Both the position numbers and the translations under genes were made by a program. The notes below the pieces were generated by a model, which was not told where the DNA came from, did not search any database, and saw only the letters and a list, made by a program, of their open reading frames with translations. A DNA stretch of 64,000 nt from Planctomycetota bacterium (GTDB taxonomy: Bacteria; Planctomycetota; UBA1135; UBA2386), in NCBI GenBank assembly GCA_965228735.1, contig OZ245838.1, forward strand, positions 704,001-768,000, in the 5' to 3' direction. Below, one piece after another: positions 49,743 to 59,031 of the stretch (its first letter is position 1; each line of letters starts with the position of its first letter).

Positions 49743-49814
49743 GGACCCAACATGCCGACCGCCAGGGGTGAAGGCAAGATCGCGGCCGGGCGGATGCCCC
49801 GGTCCGATCCACGT

Positions 49815-50627
49815 TCAGCTGTAACTCTCGTCGGCGCTCGGGAAGTCGTGGCGCTTGACGTCGCTCGTGTAGCCCTTGACGGCGCCCTCGATCTCTTCGG
49901 CGAGCTCGAGATAACGGCGGACGAAGCGCGGGCGGAAGCGCGTGAACAGCCCGAGCATGTCGTGCGTTACGAGGATCTGCCCGTCGGTGTCCGGGCCGGC
50001 GCCGATGCCGATGACCGGGATGTCGACGGCCTGCTGCACGGCCTGGCCGAGATCGGCCGGGACCTTCTCGAGCACCATCGCGAACGCACCGGCCTGCTGC
50101 AGCGCGGCGGCGTCCGCGAGGATGCGGTCGCGTTCTTCGGGCGTCGTCCCGCGCGCCTTGTAGGTGCCGAACTGATGGATGCTCTGCGGGGTGAGGCCGA
50201 GGTGACCCATGACCGGGATGCCGGCGTCGACCAGGGCCCGGACCGTGTCGGCGCGTTCTTGCCCGCCCTCGAGTTTGACCGCCTCGGCGAGACCCTCCTT
50301 GAGCATGCGGCCGGCGTTCTGCAGCGCCTTCGCCGTCGTGACCTCGTAGCTCATGAACGGCATGTCGCAGACGACGAGCGCGCGCTCGACGGCGCGGCCG
50401 ACGAGCTCGCAGTGGTAGACCATCTGGTCCATCGTCACGGGCACCGTCGTGTCGCGGCCCTGCATGACCGTCGCGACGGAGTCGCCGACGAGGATCACGT
50501 CGATGCCCGCCCGATCGAGCAGGCTCGCGAGCAGGTAGTCGTAGGCCGTGAGCGCGGCGATCCGTTCGCCCTCGGCCTTCATCTCGCGCAGGCTCGCGGT
50601 CGTGATCTTCGAACGGCTGGTGGCCAT
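49815..50627 (-). CDS. panB: 3-methyl-2-oxobutanoate hydroxymethyltransferase
   Basis: LTAYD, ILVGDS, DMPFMSY, VKLEGG, GHLGLTPQS, GIGAG. Confidence 0.97.
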   Translation of the reverse strand: MATSRSKITTASLREMKAEGERIAALTAYDYLLASLLDRAGIDVILVGDSVATVMQGRDTTVPVTMDQMVYHCELVGRAVERALVVCDMPFMSYEVTTAKALQNAGRMLKEGLAEAVKLEGGQERADTVRALVDAGIPVMGHLGLTPQSIHQFGTYKARGTTPEERDRILADAAALQQAGAFAMVLEKVPADLGQAVQQAVDIPVIGIGAGPDTDGQILVTHDMLGLFTRFRPRFVRRYLELAEEIEGAVKGYTSDVKRHDFPSADESYS

Positions 50628-50678
50628 GGCTGTCTCCTGTTGCGCTACCGGCTGCTGTCGCGCCGCCCGCGTGTCGCG

Positions 50679-53282
50679 CTACCAGTCGCCGAACGTGTCG
50701 GAGTCGTCCGGCTTGCCCTGGTCGGGCGGCGGCGGCGCGCTCGGGCCGGAGCCCGGTGGGGGCGGCGGCTTGTAGTCGTCGACGCCGTCCTCCCGCACGC
50801 GCGGCGCGCGGCGCTTCGGGCGACCCTTGCCCTCGACGATCGTGCCGAAGGTCGGCACGCGTTTCGGATCGAGTTCGACGTCGAACGCGGTCAGGTCCAT
50901 CGGCGCGGGCTCGATGACTTCGACCTTGCCGCGCCGGTCGCGCGACCGCGGAACGACGTCGACATCGCGACCGCCGCGGCGGCGTTCGCGCCGGTCGCGG
51001 CGCTTCTTCTTGCCGTTCTTGTCCTCGGGCTCGCGGGCCTTCTTGCGGGAACGCTTGGCCTTCTTGCCGCGCGTCCTACGCGGCCCGTCGTCGCCGTCGG
51101 GGTCGCTCGCGTCGGTTTGGTCTTCGGCCTGTGACCCGGCGTCGGTCTCGCGATCGTCGTCGCTGCCCTTGCGTCGGCCGCGCCTGCGGCGGCGCCGTCG
51201 CCGACGGGGTTCGTCACCGTCAGCATCGGCCGCGGCGCTGTCATCGTCGGCGTCGTCGTCGCCCTCGCGGCGGTCGTCCTCACCGTCGTGGTCGTCACCG
51301 GCATCCCCGGCAGCCGATTCTTCGGTGTTCGCGACGGCCTCGTCGTCGTCCTCGTGCCGGCGGCGCCGGCGGCGGCGCCGCCGGCGCTTGCGCGGGCGAT
51401 CCTCGTCGTCGCCCGCAGTCGCAGCGTCGTCGTCAGCAACCCGGTCGTCGGCGTCGCCATCGTCAGGATCGCCGTCTTCAGGATCGCCGTCGTCCGTCGC
51501 CGCGTCGCCGAGGTCGAGTTCCGCCGCGAAGTCGGTGTCGCCGTCGTGATCATCGTTGTCGATCTCGAACCCGGCGTCGCTGTCGTCCCGGTCGGTGTCG
51601 TCCCGGTCGCCGTCGTCCAGATCGGTGTCGGCCGGCTCGGCGTCGCCTGCCGCGGGGCCGCCGAAGATCACATCGACTGCGTCGTCGGGCGTCGACGTCT
51701 TGGTGGCGGCGCCCTTCTTGCTCGCCTTGGCCTTCTTCTTCCTGGTGGTCTTCTTCGCAGCCGACCGGCGCGGAGTGTCGGTCGCGGCGTCGTCATCGGT
51801 CACCTCCGCGGCGTCGTCGTCGCCCGCGCTGCCGGCGGCAATTTCGTCGTCCGATGGCTGCGCGCTCTTCTTCGACCGGCGCTTCCGGCGCGGTTTCTTG
51901 CTCGCGGTCTCGGCATCCGCGGACTCGGCCCCAGCCGCGTCGTCCTCGCCAGCGGGCGCATCCCGATCGTCACGGCGGTCCGCATCGTCATGGCGATCCG
52001 CATCGTCGCGGCGGTCATCGTCACGACGGCGCCGCGCCCGGCGCTTCTTGCCGCTGTTCCGACCCGGCTGCGGGGCGACTGCCTCCTCGAGATCGATGCC
52101 GTGTTCGTCGGCGATGTCGCGCCATCGCTCGAGTTCGTCGGCGTTCCCGGAACCCGCGGCGACGCGTAGCGCGAGCAGTTCGAGCGCCTCGGCGAAGTAG
52201 GGGCCGCGCACGAAGCCGCCGACGCGGAAGCGCCGTTTCTTCTCCGGCGCCGCGAAGCGATGCTGCACGCCACAGATGCGCTTGAGGCAGCCGGCGTCGC
52301 GGCGCGGCAGCTTGAGCGCCTGGCTCAGAGGGCCGAGCAGTTCTTCGGCGATCGACGACGGGCTACGGCCGTTCTCCTGCTCCACGCGCGCGATCACGGC
52401 GCCGAAGTGCAGCACGCCGAGCAGGACCGCGTTGTTGGGCACGTAGCCGCTCGCGACGCGATCGTCGAGCGCGCCGAGCAGGCGCCAGAAGCCGTCACGG
52501 TGCTCGTCGTCGGCATCCGCCAGGAAGTCGGCGACGACGGGCACGAGGCTCTCGAGTGCGCCGACATCCTGCAGCAGCTCGAACGAGCTGACGGCGTGGC
52601 CGCCGCGCAGCAGCCGCAGGATCTCTTCGAGCACGCGCGGGGGCGCGGCGCGGACGAGATCGCCGGCGGTCTCCTTCATCGCCTCGAACGTCTCGGTCTC
52701 GACGTCGAAACCGAGGCGACCCGCGAACTTGGCCGCCCGCAGGATGCGCACCGGGTCCTCGCGGAAGCGCACGGCCGGATCGCCGATCGTGCGGATCACG
52801 CGGGCTTCGAGGTCGGACAGCCCGTCGCACCAGTCGAGGATCTCGTCCTTGGTCGGATCGAGGAACAGCGCGTTGATCGTGAAGTCGCGCCGCAGCGCGT
52901 CTTCTTCGGCCGTGCCGAACTCGTTGTCGCGCGTGATCAGCAGGTCGTCTTCGCTGCCGTCCGCCTCGGGCGGACGGCGGAACGTGCTGACCTCGAGGAT
53001 CTTGGTGTTGCGATCGAAGTGCAGGTGGGCGAGCTTGAACCGCCGGCCGATGATCCGGCAGTTGCGCGGGAACGTGCGCTTGACCTGCTGCGGCCGCGCG
53101 GACGTCGCGATGTCGAAGTCCTTGGGCGCGCGATCGAGCAGCAGGTCACGGACGCAGCCGCCGACCAGGTACGCCTCGAAGCCGCGGCTCGCGAGGCGCT
53201 GCGTCGCCTTCACGGCGTCGCTGTCGAGCTTGCCCAGGTCGGCCCCCGTGGGCGAGAGTACTGTCGGTTCTATCTTCGCCAA
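50679..53282 (-). CDS. pcnB: Poly(A) polymerase I with very long disordered C-terminal tail
   Basis: VGGCVRDLL...KDFD, PAP-specific IIGRRFKLAHL, RRDFTINAL, EDPVRILRA; TTG start. Confidence 0.9.
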   Translation of the reverse strand: MAKIEPTVLSPTGADLGKLDSDAVKATQRLASRGFEAYLVGGCVRDLLLDRAPKDFDIATSARPQQVKRTFPRNCRIIGRRFKLAHLHFDRNTKILEVSTFRRPPEADGSEDDLLITRDNEFGTAEEDALRRDFTINALFLDPTKDEILDWCDGLSDLEARVIRTIGDPAVRFREDPVRILRAAKFAGRLGFDVETETFEAMKETAGDLVRAAPPRVLEEILRLLRGGHAVSSFELLQDVGALESLVPVVADFLADADDEHRDGFWRLLGALDDRVASGYVPNNAVLLGVLHFGAVIARVEQENGRSPSSIAEELLGPLSQALKLPRRDAGCLKRICGVQHRFAAPEKKRRFRVGGFVRGPYFAEALELLALRVAAGSGNADELERWRDIADEHGIDLEEAVAPQPGRNSGKKRRARRRRDDDRRDDADRHDDADRRDDRDAPAGEDDAAGAESADAETASKKPRRKRRSKKSAQPSDDEIAAGSAGDDDAAEVTDDDAATDTPRRSAAKKTTRKKKAKASKKGAATKTSTPDDAVDVIFGGPAAGDAEPADTDLDDGDRDDTDRDDSDAGFEIDNDDHDGDTDFAAELDLGDAATDDGDPEDGDPDDGDADDRVADDDAATAGDDEDRPRKRRRRRRRRRRHEDDDEAVANTEESAAGDAGDDHDGEDDRREGDDDADDDSAAADADGDEPRRRRRRRRRGRRKGSDDDRETDAGSQAEDQTDASDPDGDDGPRRTRGKKAKRSRKKAREPEDKNGKKKRRDRRERRRGGRDVDVVPRSRDRRGKVEVIEPAPMDLTAFDVELDPKRVPTFGTIVEGKGRPKRRAPRVREDGVDDYKPPPPPGSGPSAPPPPDQGKPDDSDTFGDW

Positions 53283-53347
53283 TCGTTCGAACGCTTAGGT
53301 CTGACAACGGTTTATCCGGGCCTTCGGCAGCCGCAAACAGTTTGTCG

Positions 53348-54016
53348 TCAGATCTGCAGACCGCCGTCGACGGTCAGCACCTGGCCGGTCACGTAATCGG
53401 CTTCGGGCGAAAGCAGATAGCGCACCAGCGGCGTGACATCCGCAGGGCTGCCGAGGCGGCCGGCCGGCACTTTCTGCAGCAGGCGGGCCTGCGACTCGGC
53501 GTGGCTCTGTGGGTGGGCGATCAGGCCGGGCGAGATCACGTTCACCGTGACCCCGCTGCTGGCCACCTCGCCCGCGAGCGACTGCGCGAGCTGGATCACG
53601 GCCGCCTTGGTCGCGAAGTAGACCGGGGCGCGCAGCATGGCGCGGTGGCGGTTGGCGCCCGCGGCGGCGAACAGGATCACGCGGCCGCGGCCGGCCTCGA
53701 CCATGCTCGGCACGATGGCCTGCAGGCAGTGGAAGACGGTGTCGACGTTGGAGGCGAACTGGGCGCGGTAGGTCGAGCTGTCCGTCTGCAGCAGCGGCGC
53801 CTCGGCGAAGTCGCCGATCGTGTGGATCAGCGCGGTTGGAGTACCATGCTGTTGCTGGAACTCGGCGAACGCCCGCGTCACCGAGTCGGGGTCGGTCGCG
53901 TCGACCCCGGAGCTGCGCGTCCAGACGACCGCGCGATCGCCGAGGTCGTCGGCGATCGCCTTGCCGATGCCCTGGCCGCCGCCGACGACGACGATGCGTT
54001 CGTTGCGGTTGGCCAA
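53348..54016 (-). CDS. SDR family oxidoreductase
   Basis: GGGQGIG, YFATK (YxxxK), NVISPG, VTGQVLTVDGG. Confidence 0.9.
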   Translation of the reverse strand: MANRNERIVVVGGGQGIGKAIADDLGDRAVVWTRSSGVDATDPDSVTRAFAEFQQQHGTPTALIHTIGDFAEAPLLQTDSSTYRAQFASNVDTVFHCLQAIVPSMVEAGRGRVILFAAAGANRHRAMLRAPVYFATKAAVIQLAQSLAGEVASSGVTVNVISPGLIAHPQSHAESQARLLQKVPAGRLGSPADVTPLVRYLLSPEADYVTGQVLTVDGGLQI

Positions 54017-54019
54017 GGG

Positions 54020-55516
54020 CTACTTCTCGCGCAGCCAGCCGATGATGTCGCGGATCTTCGGCGGGTTGCCAGTCATCAGAATGCCGATGCGGAAGATCTT
54101 GCCGGCCGCCTTGAACGCGAACCAAACGCTGAACAGGATCAAGGCCGTCGTGATCACGTACTCGATCGTCGAAGGGGGGCCACTAGCGCGGTTCATCATC
54201 GCGAACGGCGTGTAGATCGGGATGTAGGTGAAGACCTTGGCCATGAGCCCGTTGGGCTCCTGCACGATCGGCACCATCGCGAGCAGGGGCACCATGAGCA
54301 GCAGGATGACGGGCTGCTGCAGGTTTTGTGCTTCCTTGAGGCTGTTGCAGACCGAACCGAGCGCCACGAGCATCGCGGCGAACATCAGGTAACCGGTGAA
54401 GAAGTAGGCGATGAACGACGCCAGGTAGAGCGGGTCGGACGCGATCGCGAGCAGCTTGAGGTTGGCGACGAACGGCACGAACTCCGCGCCGATGTACATC
54501 CCGAGCACGCCGAATATGGCCCACGAGACCACGATCGTCAGGCCGGTGGCACCTATGCCCCAGATCTTGCCGGCCATGAGCTCGCTTGGCGAACACGACG
54601 ACAGCAGCACTTCGATGATGCGGTTACTCTTCTCTTCGACGGTGTTCGTAAGTAGGAATTGGGCGGCGGTGAACACCGCGATCCAGAGGAGGTAGACGAA
54701 AAAGACGGGGGCGAAGTTGTAGGCGCGGTCAGCCGCTTCGATGTCCTTCGTCGCGGCGCTGCCTTGTTCCGCGGGAGGGGCCTTGGCGACGAAAGACACG
54801 CTCTCACTCACGAACTTCGCGGTAGCCGGTGAGATGTCGGCTTGCGCCAGACGCTGCCCGCGGATGACGCGTGTTGCGGCGCTGCCGTACCAGTTCTTGA
54901 GATCGTTGTCGTTCGTGTTCTCGCAGATGAACTGGACGTTGCTCTTCCTGACCTGCTGTGGCTTGCCGTCCTCGCCCTCTTCCGTGATCTCGTAGGTGAG
55001 GTCTGCGACCGGGTCGTTTCGCAGTACGAAGAACCCGAACAGCTTGCCGTCGCGCACCCGGTCGTTGAGTGCGGCCATGATCTCACTCTCCGACTTGCCG
55101 GTGAGTTCCAAGTCCTCGAGGCTGCGGTAGCGGAACTTCTCTTTTCGTTCGGCGAGCTTCTTGTCGAGCATCTGCCGCTGCTCGGCCGGCATGAGTGACA
55201 TGCCGGCCTCGATCTGCTCGATCGTGATACTCTTGGCCGCGTCGCGATACTCCGCCGGGAACTGATCGATGTTTTCCGTGATCAGATCCAGGATGTCGCC
55301 GTTGCGCGCGGACTCCTCGATCGCCGTTCCGAGCTTGGACACGGTGAAGTCGGCGACCGTGTAGACCTGCGTCTCCTTGGTCTGCTCCATGAGCCAGCCG
55401 ATGAAGATCGCGACGGCGAAGATCAGCGGGAACGAGAGGATGCCGAGCCAAAACGTCTTGGTCCGGACCATCTCGACATATTCGCGTTGCGCGACGAGGA
55501 ACGTACGGCTGGCCAT
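54020..55516 (-). CDS. ABC-2 type exporter permease (NatB-like)
   Basis: REYVEMVRTKTFW, large periplasmic loop, VEEKSNRIIEVLLSS, multiple TM. Confidence 0.9.
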   Translation of the reverse strand: MASRTFLVAQREYVEMVRTKTFWLGILSFPLIFAVAIFIGWLMEQTKETQVYTVADFTVSKLGTAIEESARNGDILDLITENIDQFPAEYRDAAKSITIEQIEAGMSLMPAEQRQMLDKKLAERKEKFRYRSLEDLELTGKSESEIMAALNDRVRDGKLFGFFVLRNDPVADLTYEITEEGEDGKPQQVRKSNVQFICENTNDNDLKNWYGSAATRVIRGQRLAQADISPATAKFVSESVSFVAKAPPAEQGSAATKDIEAADRAYNFAPVFFVYLLWIAVFTAAQFLLTNTVEEKSNRIIEVLLSSCSPSELMAGKIWGIGATGLTIVVSWAIFGVLGMYIGAEFVPFVANLKLLAIASDPLYLASFIAYFFTGYLMFAAMLVALGSVCNSLKEAQNLQQPVILLLMVPLLAMVPIVQEPNGLMAKVFTYIPIYTPFAMMNRASGPPSTIEYVITTALILFSVWFAFKAAGKIFRIGILMTGNPPKIRDIIGWLREK

Positions 55517-56439
55517 CAGGCTGCTCCTCCCGCGAGCGCGGCATCGCGTTCTTCGACCGTCTGAACGAACACCTCGTGCAGTGACGGTTCGCCGTAGTCG
55601 AAGCTGCGGACCTCGACCTGGTCCATGATCCAGCGTAGAGCCTGCTGTGGGTCAGCGCCGTCCTGAAGGAAGATCTCGGCGCTGCGGCCCTGATCGTTGA
55701 TGCGAGACATGCCCGGCAGCGCCTTCAAGGCCTGGCCGTCGCCGTCGTAGCTGATGCGAATCCCGAAGTCGCGGCCCGCCTTGATCTCCGGGATCGTCCC
55801 CGCGAACGCCAGCTTGCCCTTGTGGATCATCATCGCGGCGTCACACAGCTGCTCGGCCTGCTCCATCACGTGCGTGCTGAAGATCACGGTCCGCCCCTCC
55901 TGCTTCATCTGCAGGATCGTGTCGCGCATCACGTCACGATTGACCGGGTCCAAGCCGCTGAACGGCTCGTCGAGGATCACGAGGTCCGGGTCGTGGATGA
56001 TCGTGCCGAGGATCTGGACCTTCTGGCCCATGCCCTTGCTCATCGCCTCGCACTTCTTGTCGAGCCAATCGCCGAGGCCGAAGCGCGTCAGCAGCTCCTT
56101 GGCCTTCTCGTTGGCCGTGCTGCTGTCCATGCCCTTGAGCTTGCCGAAGTAGGCGACGATCTCCGCCGTCTTCATCTTCTTGTAGAGGCCCTTCTCCTCC
56201 GGCAGGTAGCCCAGGCGGTCCTTGACCTCCTTGGCGTCGGAATGCCCGAGCACCGATATGGTGCCCGAATCCTGATGGAAGATGCTCATCACCATGCGGA
56301 TGGTGGTCGTCTTGCCGGCGCCGTTCTGGCCGAGGAAGCCATAGATGCAGCCGGTAGGGACCGAGAGCGAGAGGTCGTCGACGGCGACGAACTTCCCGAA
56401 CCGCTTGGTGACGCCTGAGAGTACGAGGGCGTCGCTCAT
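55516..56439 (-). CDS. ABC transporter ATP-binding protein (NatA-like)
   Basis: GQNGAGKTT, MSKGMGQK, ILDEPFSGLD, FSTH; C-terminal EPSLHEVF. Confidence 0.94.
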   Translation of the reverse strand: MSDALVLSGVTKRFGKFVAVDDLSLSVPTGCIYGFLGQNGAGKTTTIRMVMSIFHQDSGTISVLGHSDAKEVKDRLGYLPEEKGLYKKMKTAEIVAYFGKLKGMDSSTANEKAKELLTRFGLGDWLDKKCEAMSKGMGQKVQILGTIIHDPDLVILDEPFSGLDPVNRDVMRDTILQMKQEGRTVIFSTHVMEQAEQLCDAAMMIHKGKLAFAGTIPEIKAGRDFGIRISYDGDGQALKALPGMSRINDQGRSAEIFLQDGADPQQALRWIMDQVEVRSFDYGEPSLHEVFVQTVEERDAALAGGAA

Positions 56440-56487
56440 GATTCGTTGCGGCCGTGGAGTGGCCGCGCGCTCGGGAACTTTGTCGGG

Positions 56488-56829
56488 TCAGTCGCGCTCG
56501 AACAAGAGCGCCGCTGCGCGATCGTTCTCGAGGTCGTGCAGCGCGTTCGGGAGCGCCGGACGCGCCGGCGGCGCGGGCAGCAGCGAGGGCGCGGGGCCGA
56601 GGCGTTCGCGCAGCCGCTCGGCGACCGCGACGGCCTGGGCGATGCCGAAGCCGGCGTCCTCGGGGCCGGGCCCACGCTCGCGATCGACCGCGAGCAGGAA
56701 GTCGGGGCCGAACGACGACGCGTCGACGCCCGTTCCCGAACCGAGCTCACGCCCGAGCGACGGCAGCACCGGCGCGCTCAGGATGCGCGAGAGATCGGGC
56801 CGCGGGCTGCTGTCGACGGAGTCTGCCAC
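56488..56829 (-). CDS. Hypothetical protein
   Basis: Fills the gap on the same strand as its neighbours; no motif recognised. Confidence 0.4.
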   Translation of the reverse strand: MADSVDSSPRPDLSRILSAPVLPSLGRELGSGTGVDASSFGPDFLLAVDRERGPGPEDAGFGIAQAVAVAERLRERLGPAPSLLPAPPARPALPNALHDLENDRAAALLFERD

Positions 56830-56877
56830 GGCGGGGCCTTCGGGCCGATCTGCGAGATCCTTGAGCGCGAAGTCTCA

Positions 56878-56985
56878 GAGTGACCCGTACGGAACCTGGT
56901 TCATGCTGCCGGCCGCCGCAACGCCAACCGGCGAGGTAACGCCCTCGCGGCCGGCAGCATGAACCAGGTTCCGTACGGGTCACTC
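56878..56985. repeat. Perfect 39-bp inverted repeat with 30-bp spacer (MITE/REP-like)
   Basis: gagtgacccgtacggaacctggttcatgctgccggccgc (56878-56916) and its exact reverse complement (56947-56985). Confidence 0.92.
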
Positions 56986-58209
56986 CTGGAAGCGGCGCGG
57001 GGCGAACATCGGTAGCGCGGGGGCGTCGCAGTCGCCGTCAGTGATCAACTCCGCGAGGCAGCGGCCGGCCAGGAACGCGAAGCTCAGGCCGTAGCCGTTG
57101 AACGCTAGCAGCGCGAAGTGGCCGGACGCGCCGGGCAGCGCGCCGAGTAGCGGCAGGCCGTCGGGCGTGCCGGCCATGATGCCGGTCCACTGGTGGGGGA
57201 ACGTGGCGTCGCGCAGGACCGGGAAGTGCCGGTCGACGTAGCCGCGCAGGTTCTCGGTGATCGCGGGATTGACGACGGAATCGTCGGTCGTGCCCTGTTC
57301 TTCGCCGGGCACCGACCAGCGCATGCCGCCGATCACGAAGCGGCCGCGGTGCACGCGGAAGTACTCGTAGCAGAAGTTGCTCGACATCGCGTAGGGCGGG
57401 AACTTCGTCGCGAGCTCCAACGGCAGCGGGTCGGTTGCGATGACCTGGCCGCGGAACGGAAAGACCGTGCGCGCGAGCAGGCCGCTCGGGTCGACGTCGC
57501 GACCGAGCGCCGAGGTGCAGTGCGCGACCATCGCGGCTTCGACCTTGCGGCCGCCCGCGACCGTGAGTTCGAGCGCGCCGGCCTCGCCAGTGATCCGTTC
57601 GACGGCCGCGTTCTCGTGCAGCGTCGCGCCGGCCGCCTGCGCGCTGCCCGCGATGCCGCGCACGAGCCGGGCCGGCTGCAGCACGGCCTCCTCGGGCAGA
57701 TGCAGCGCGCCGTGGAAGCCTTCGCCGAGCGGCAGCCACTGCCCGAGGTCCCGCGCTTCGACGAGCTCGAACGGGCGGCGCTCGCGCGCCAGCAGTTCGG
57801 CCGCCTCCTCGAGCTCGGTCCATTCGTGCTCGGTCTCGGCGAGGCGCAGGCCGCCGAGCTGGGCGAAGTCACATTCGATGCCCGCGCGCTCGAGGTGCGC
57901 GCGCAGTGCTACGTGATTGTCGCGCAGGAAGTCCCAGAGCAGGGGCGCCTTCTCGGCGCCGAATTGGCTGTGGATCCGGTGGTAGTGCTCGCCGAGTCCG
58001 AGCAGCAGCTGGCCGTCGTTGCGGCCGCTCGCCCGCCCCGCGATCATCCCGGACTCGAGCAGCGCGACCCGCACGCCGCGCTCGGCGAGGTGTAGCGCCG
58101 TCGAGACACCCGCGATGCCGCCACCGATCACGGCGACGTCGACCCGGTCGGGCAGTTCGCCCGCGGGGGCCACGGGAGCGGATTCGGTCAACCAGAGGGA
58201 CGCGCTCAC
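56980..58209 (-). CDS. FAD-dependent oxidoreductase (DAO/PuuB-like)
   Basis: VAVIGGGIAG, ASGRNDG, WTGIMAGTPDGLPLLG, FNGYGL; GTG start 58209. Confidence 0.9.
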   Translation of the reverse strand: MSASLWLTESAPVAPAGELPDRVDVAVIGGGIAGVSTALHLAERGVRVALLESGMIAGRASGRNDGQLLLGLGEHYHRIHSQFGAEKAPLLWDFLRDNHVALRAHLERAGIECDFAQLGGLRLAETEHEWTELEEAAELLARERRPFELVEARDLGQWLPLGEGFHGALHLPEEAVLQPARLVRGIAGSAQAAGATLHENAAVERITGEAGALELTVAGGRKVEAAMVAHCTSALGRDVDPSGLLARTVFPFRGQVIATDPLPLELATKFPPYAMSSNFCYEYFRVHRGRFVIGGMRWSVPGEEQGTTDDSVVNPAITENLRGYVDRHFPVLRDATFPHQWTGIMAGTPDGLPLLGALPGASGHFALLAFNGYGLSFAFLAGRCLAELITDGDCDAPALPMFAPRRFQE

Positions 58210-58483
58210 CCGCGTGATCCTGCCGCCGGTCGCTGGCCGGCGAAAGGGCGGGGCCACGCGAATCGGCCCTCGAGATCGGCCCGAATGCGAGACGAACCAA
58301 TCCCGGATCTCGCCGGACTCGGAGTCCTCGGCGGCGGATCGATACGAGGTGGCTGGGGAAGAAAGGCGTCGGCGTTGCGCGGCAGCGGTGGTGATGGGAT
58401 GCCGCCGCGACCTGGTGGGGGTCGCGGCGGCTCCCGGCTGCGCGCGCACGATCCTGACGCGAACTCGGGCGGTCCGTCCGGTG

Positions 58484-58582
58484 CTACTGCACGAAGAACA
58501 GGAGCGCGAGCAGGCCGATGGCGGCCAGGGTCAGGGTAACCGACGTGCGATTCAGCGCTGTGGTGGTGGTGGCTGTACGCAT
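58484..58582 (-). CDS. Putative 32-aa single-TM small protein
   Basis: MRTATTTTALNRTSVTLTLAAIGLLALLFFVQ in an otherwise empty ~800 bp intergenic region. Confidence 0.45.
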   Translation of the reverse strand: MRTATTTTALNRTSVTLTLAAIGLLALLFFVQ

Positions 58583-59031
58583 GGGGTCGAGAACGCCTTG
58601 GGTTCTTGGGTGTGGTGTAGGGATCGCTGCTGATCTGGTTGTGGTGCTCACGGTGGTGTCAGGACGTCGCCCCAGCGGCGGCGTCACGAACAAGTAGTCG
58701 GCCCCAACCCTGAGGTTGCAACCGGGCTTGTGAGAGAACGGGCGGGGTTCCCGGTGGGCTGCGGCGGGCGATGGCGCTTGCTGTCCACCGTTTGTCGTCG
58801 CGGGCGCGGCTTGGCTGTCGCAATCGCGGCCGGAATCCGTAGTCTCCTCGCGCCGAATCGGGCCGTCGGCCGGTTCCGTTCCCGCGGCGCCGGGTCTCGT
58901 GGCGCCAAATCGCGGTGAACCAGATCGCGCTGAACCGGTGTGGTGTCGGTTCTAGCGGGTGCTGACCCGCCTGCCGGCCCTGGGGTGCAGTAGTTGCGCC
59001 CATGCGTAAGAACATAGACGAAGTACCATCC

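Noticed and set aside
58690..58725. ECF-type promoter (TGCAAC...CGACTA) upstream of the small peptide
   Set aside because: The spacer is only 14 nt, shorter than typical for ECF promoters
58860..59031. SAM riboswitch upstream of metK
   Set aside because: No SAM-I, SAM-II or SAM/SAH consensus recognisable by eye; an Rfam scan would be decisive
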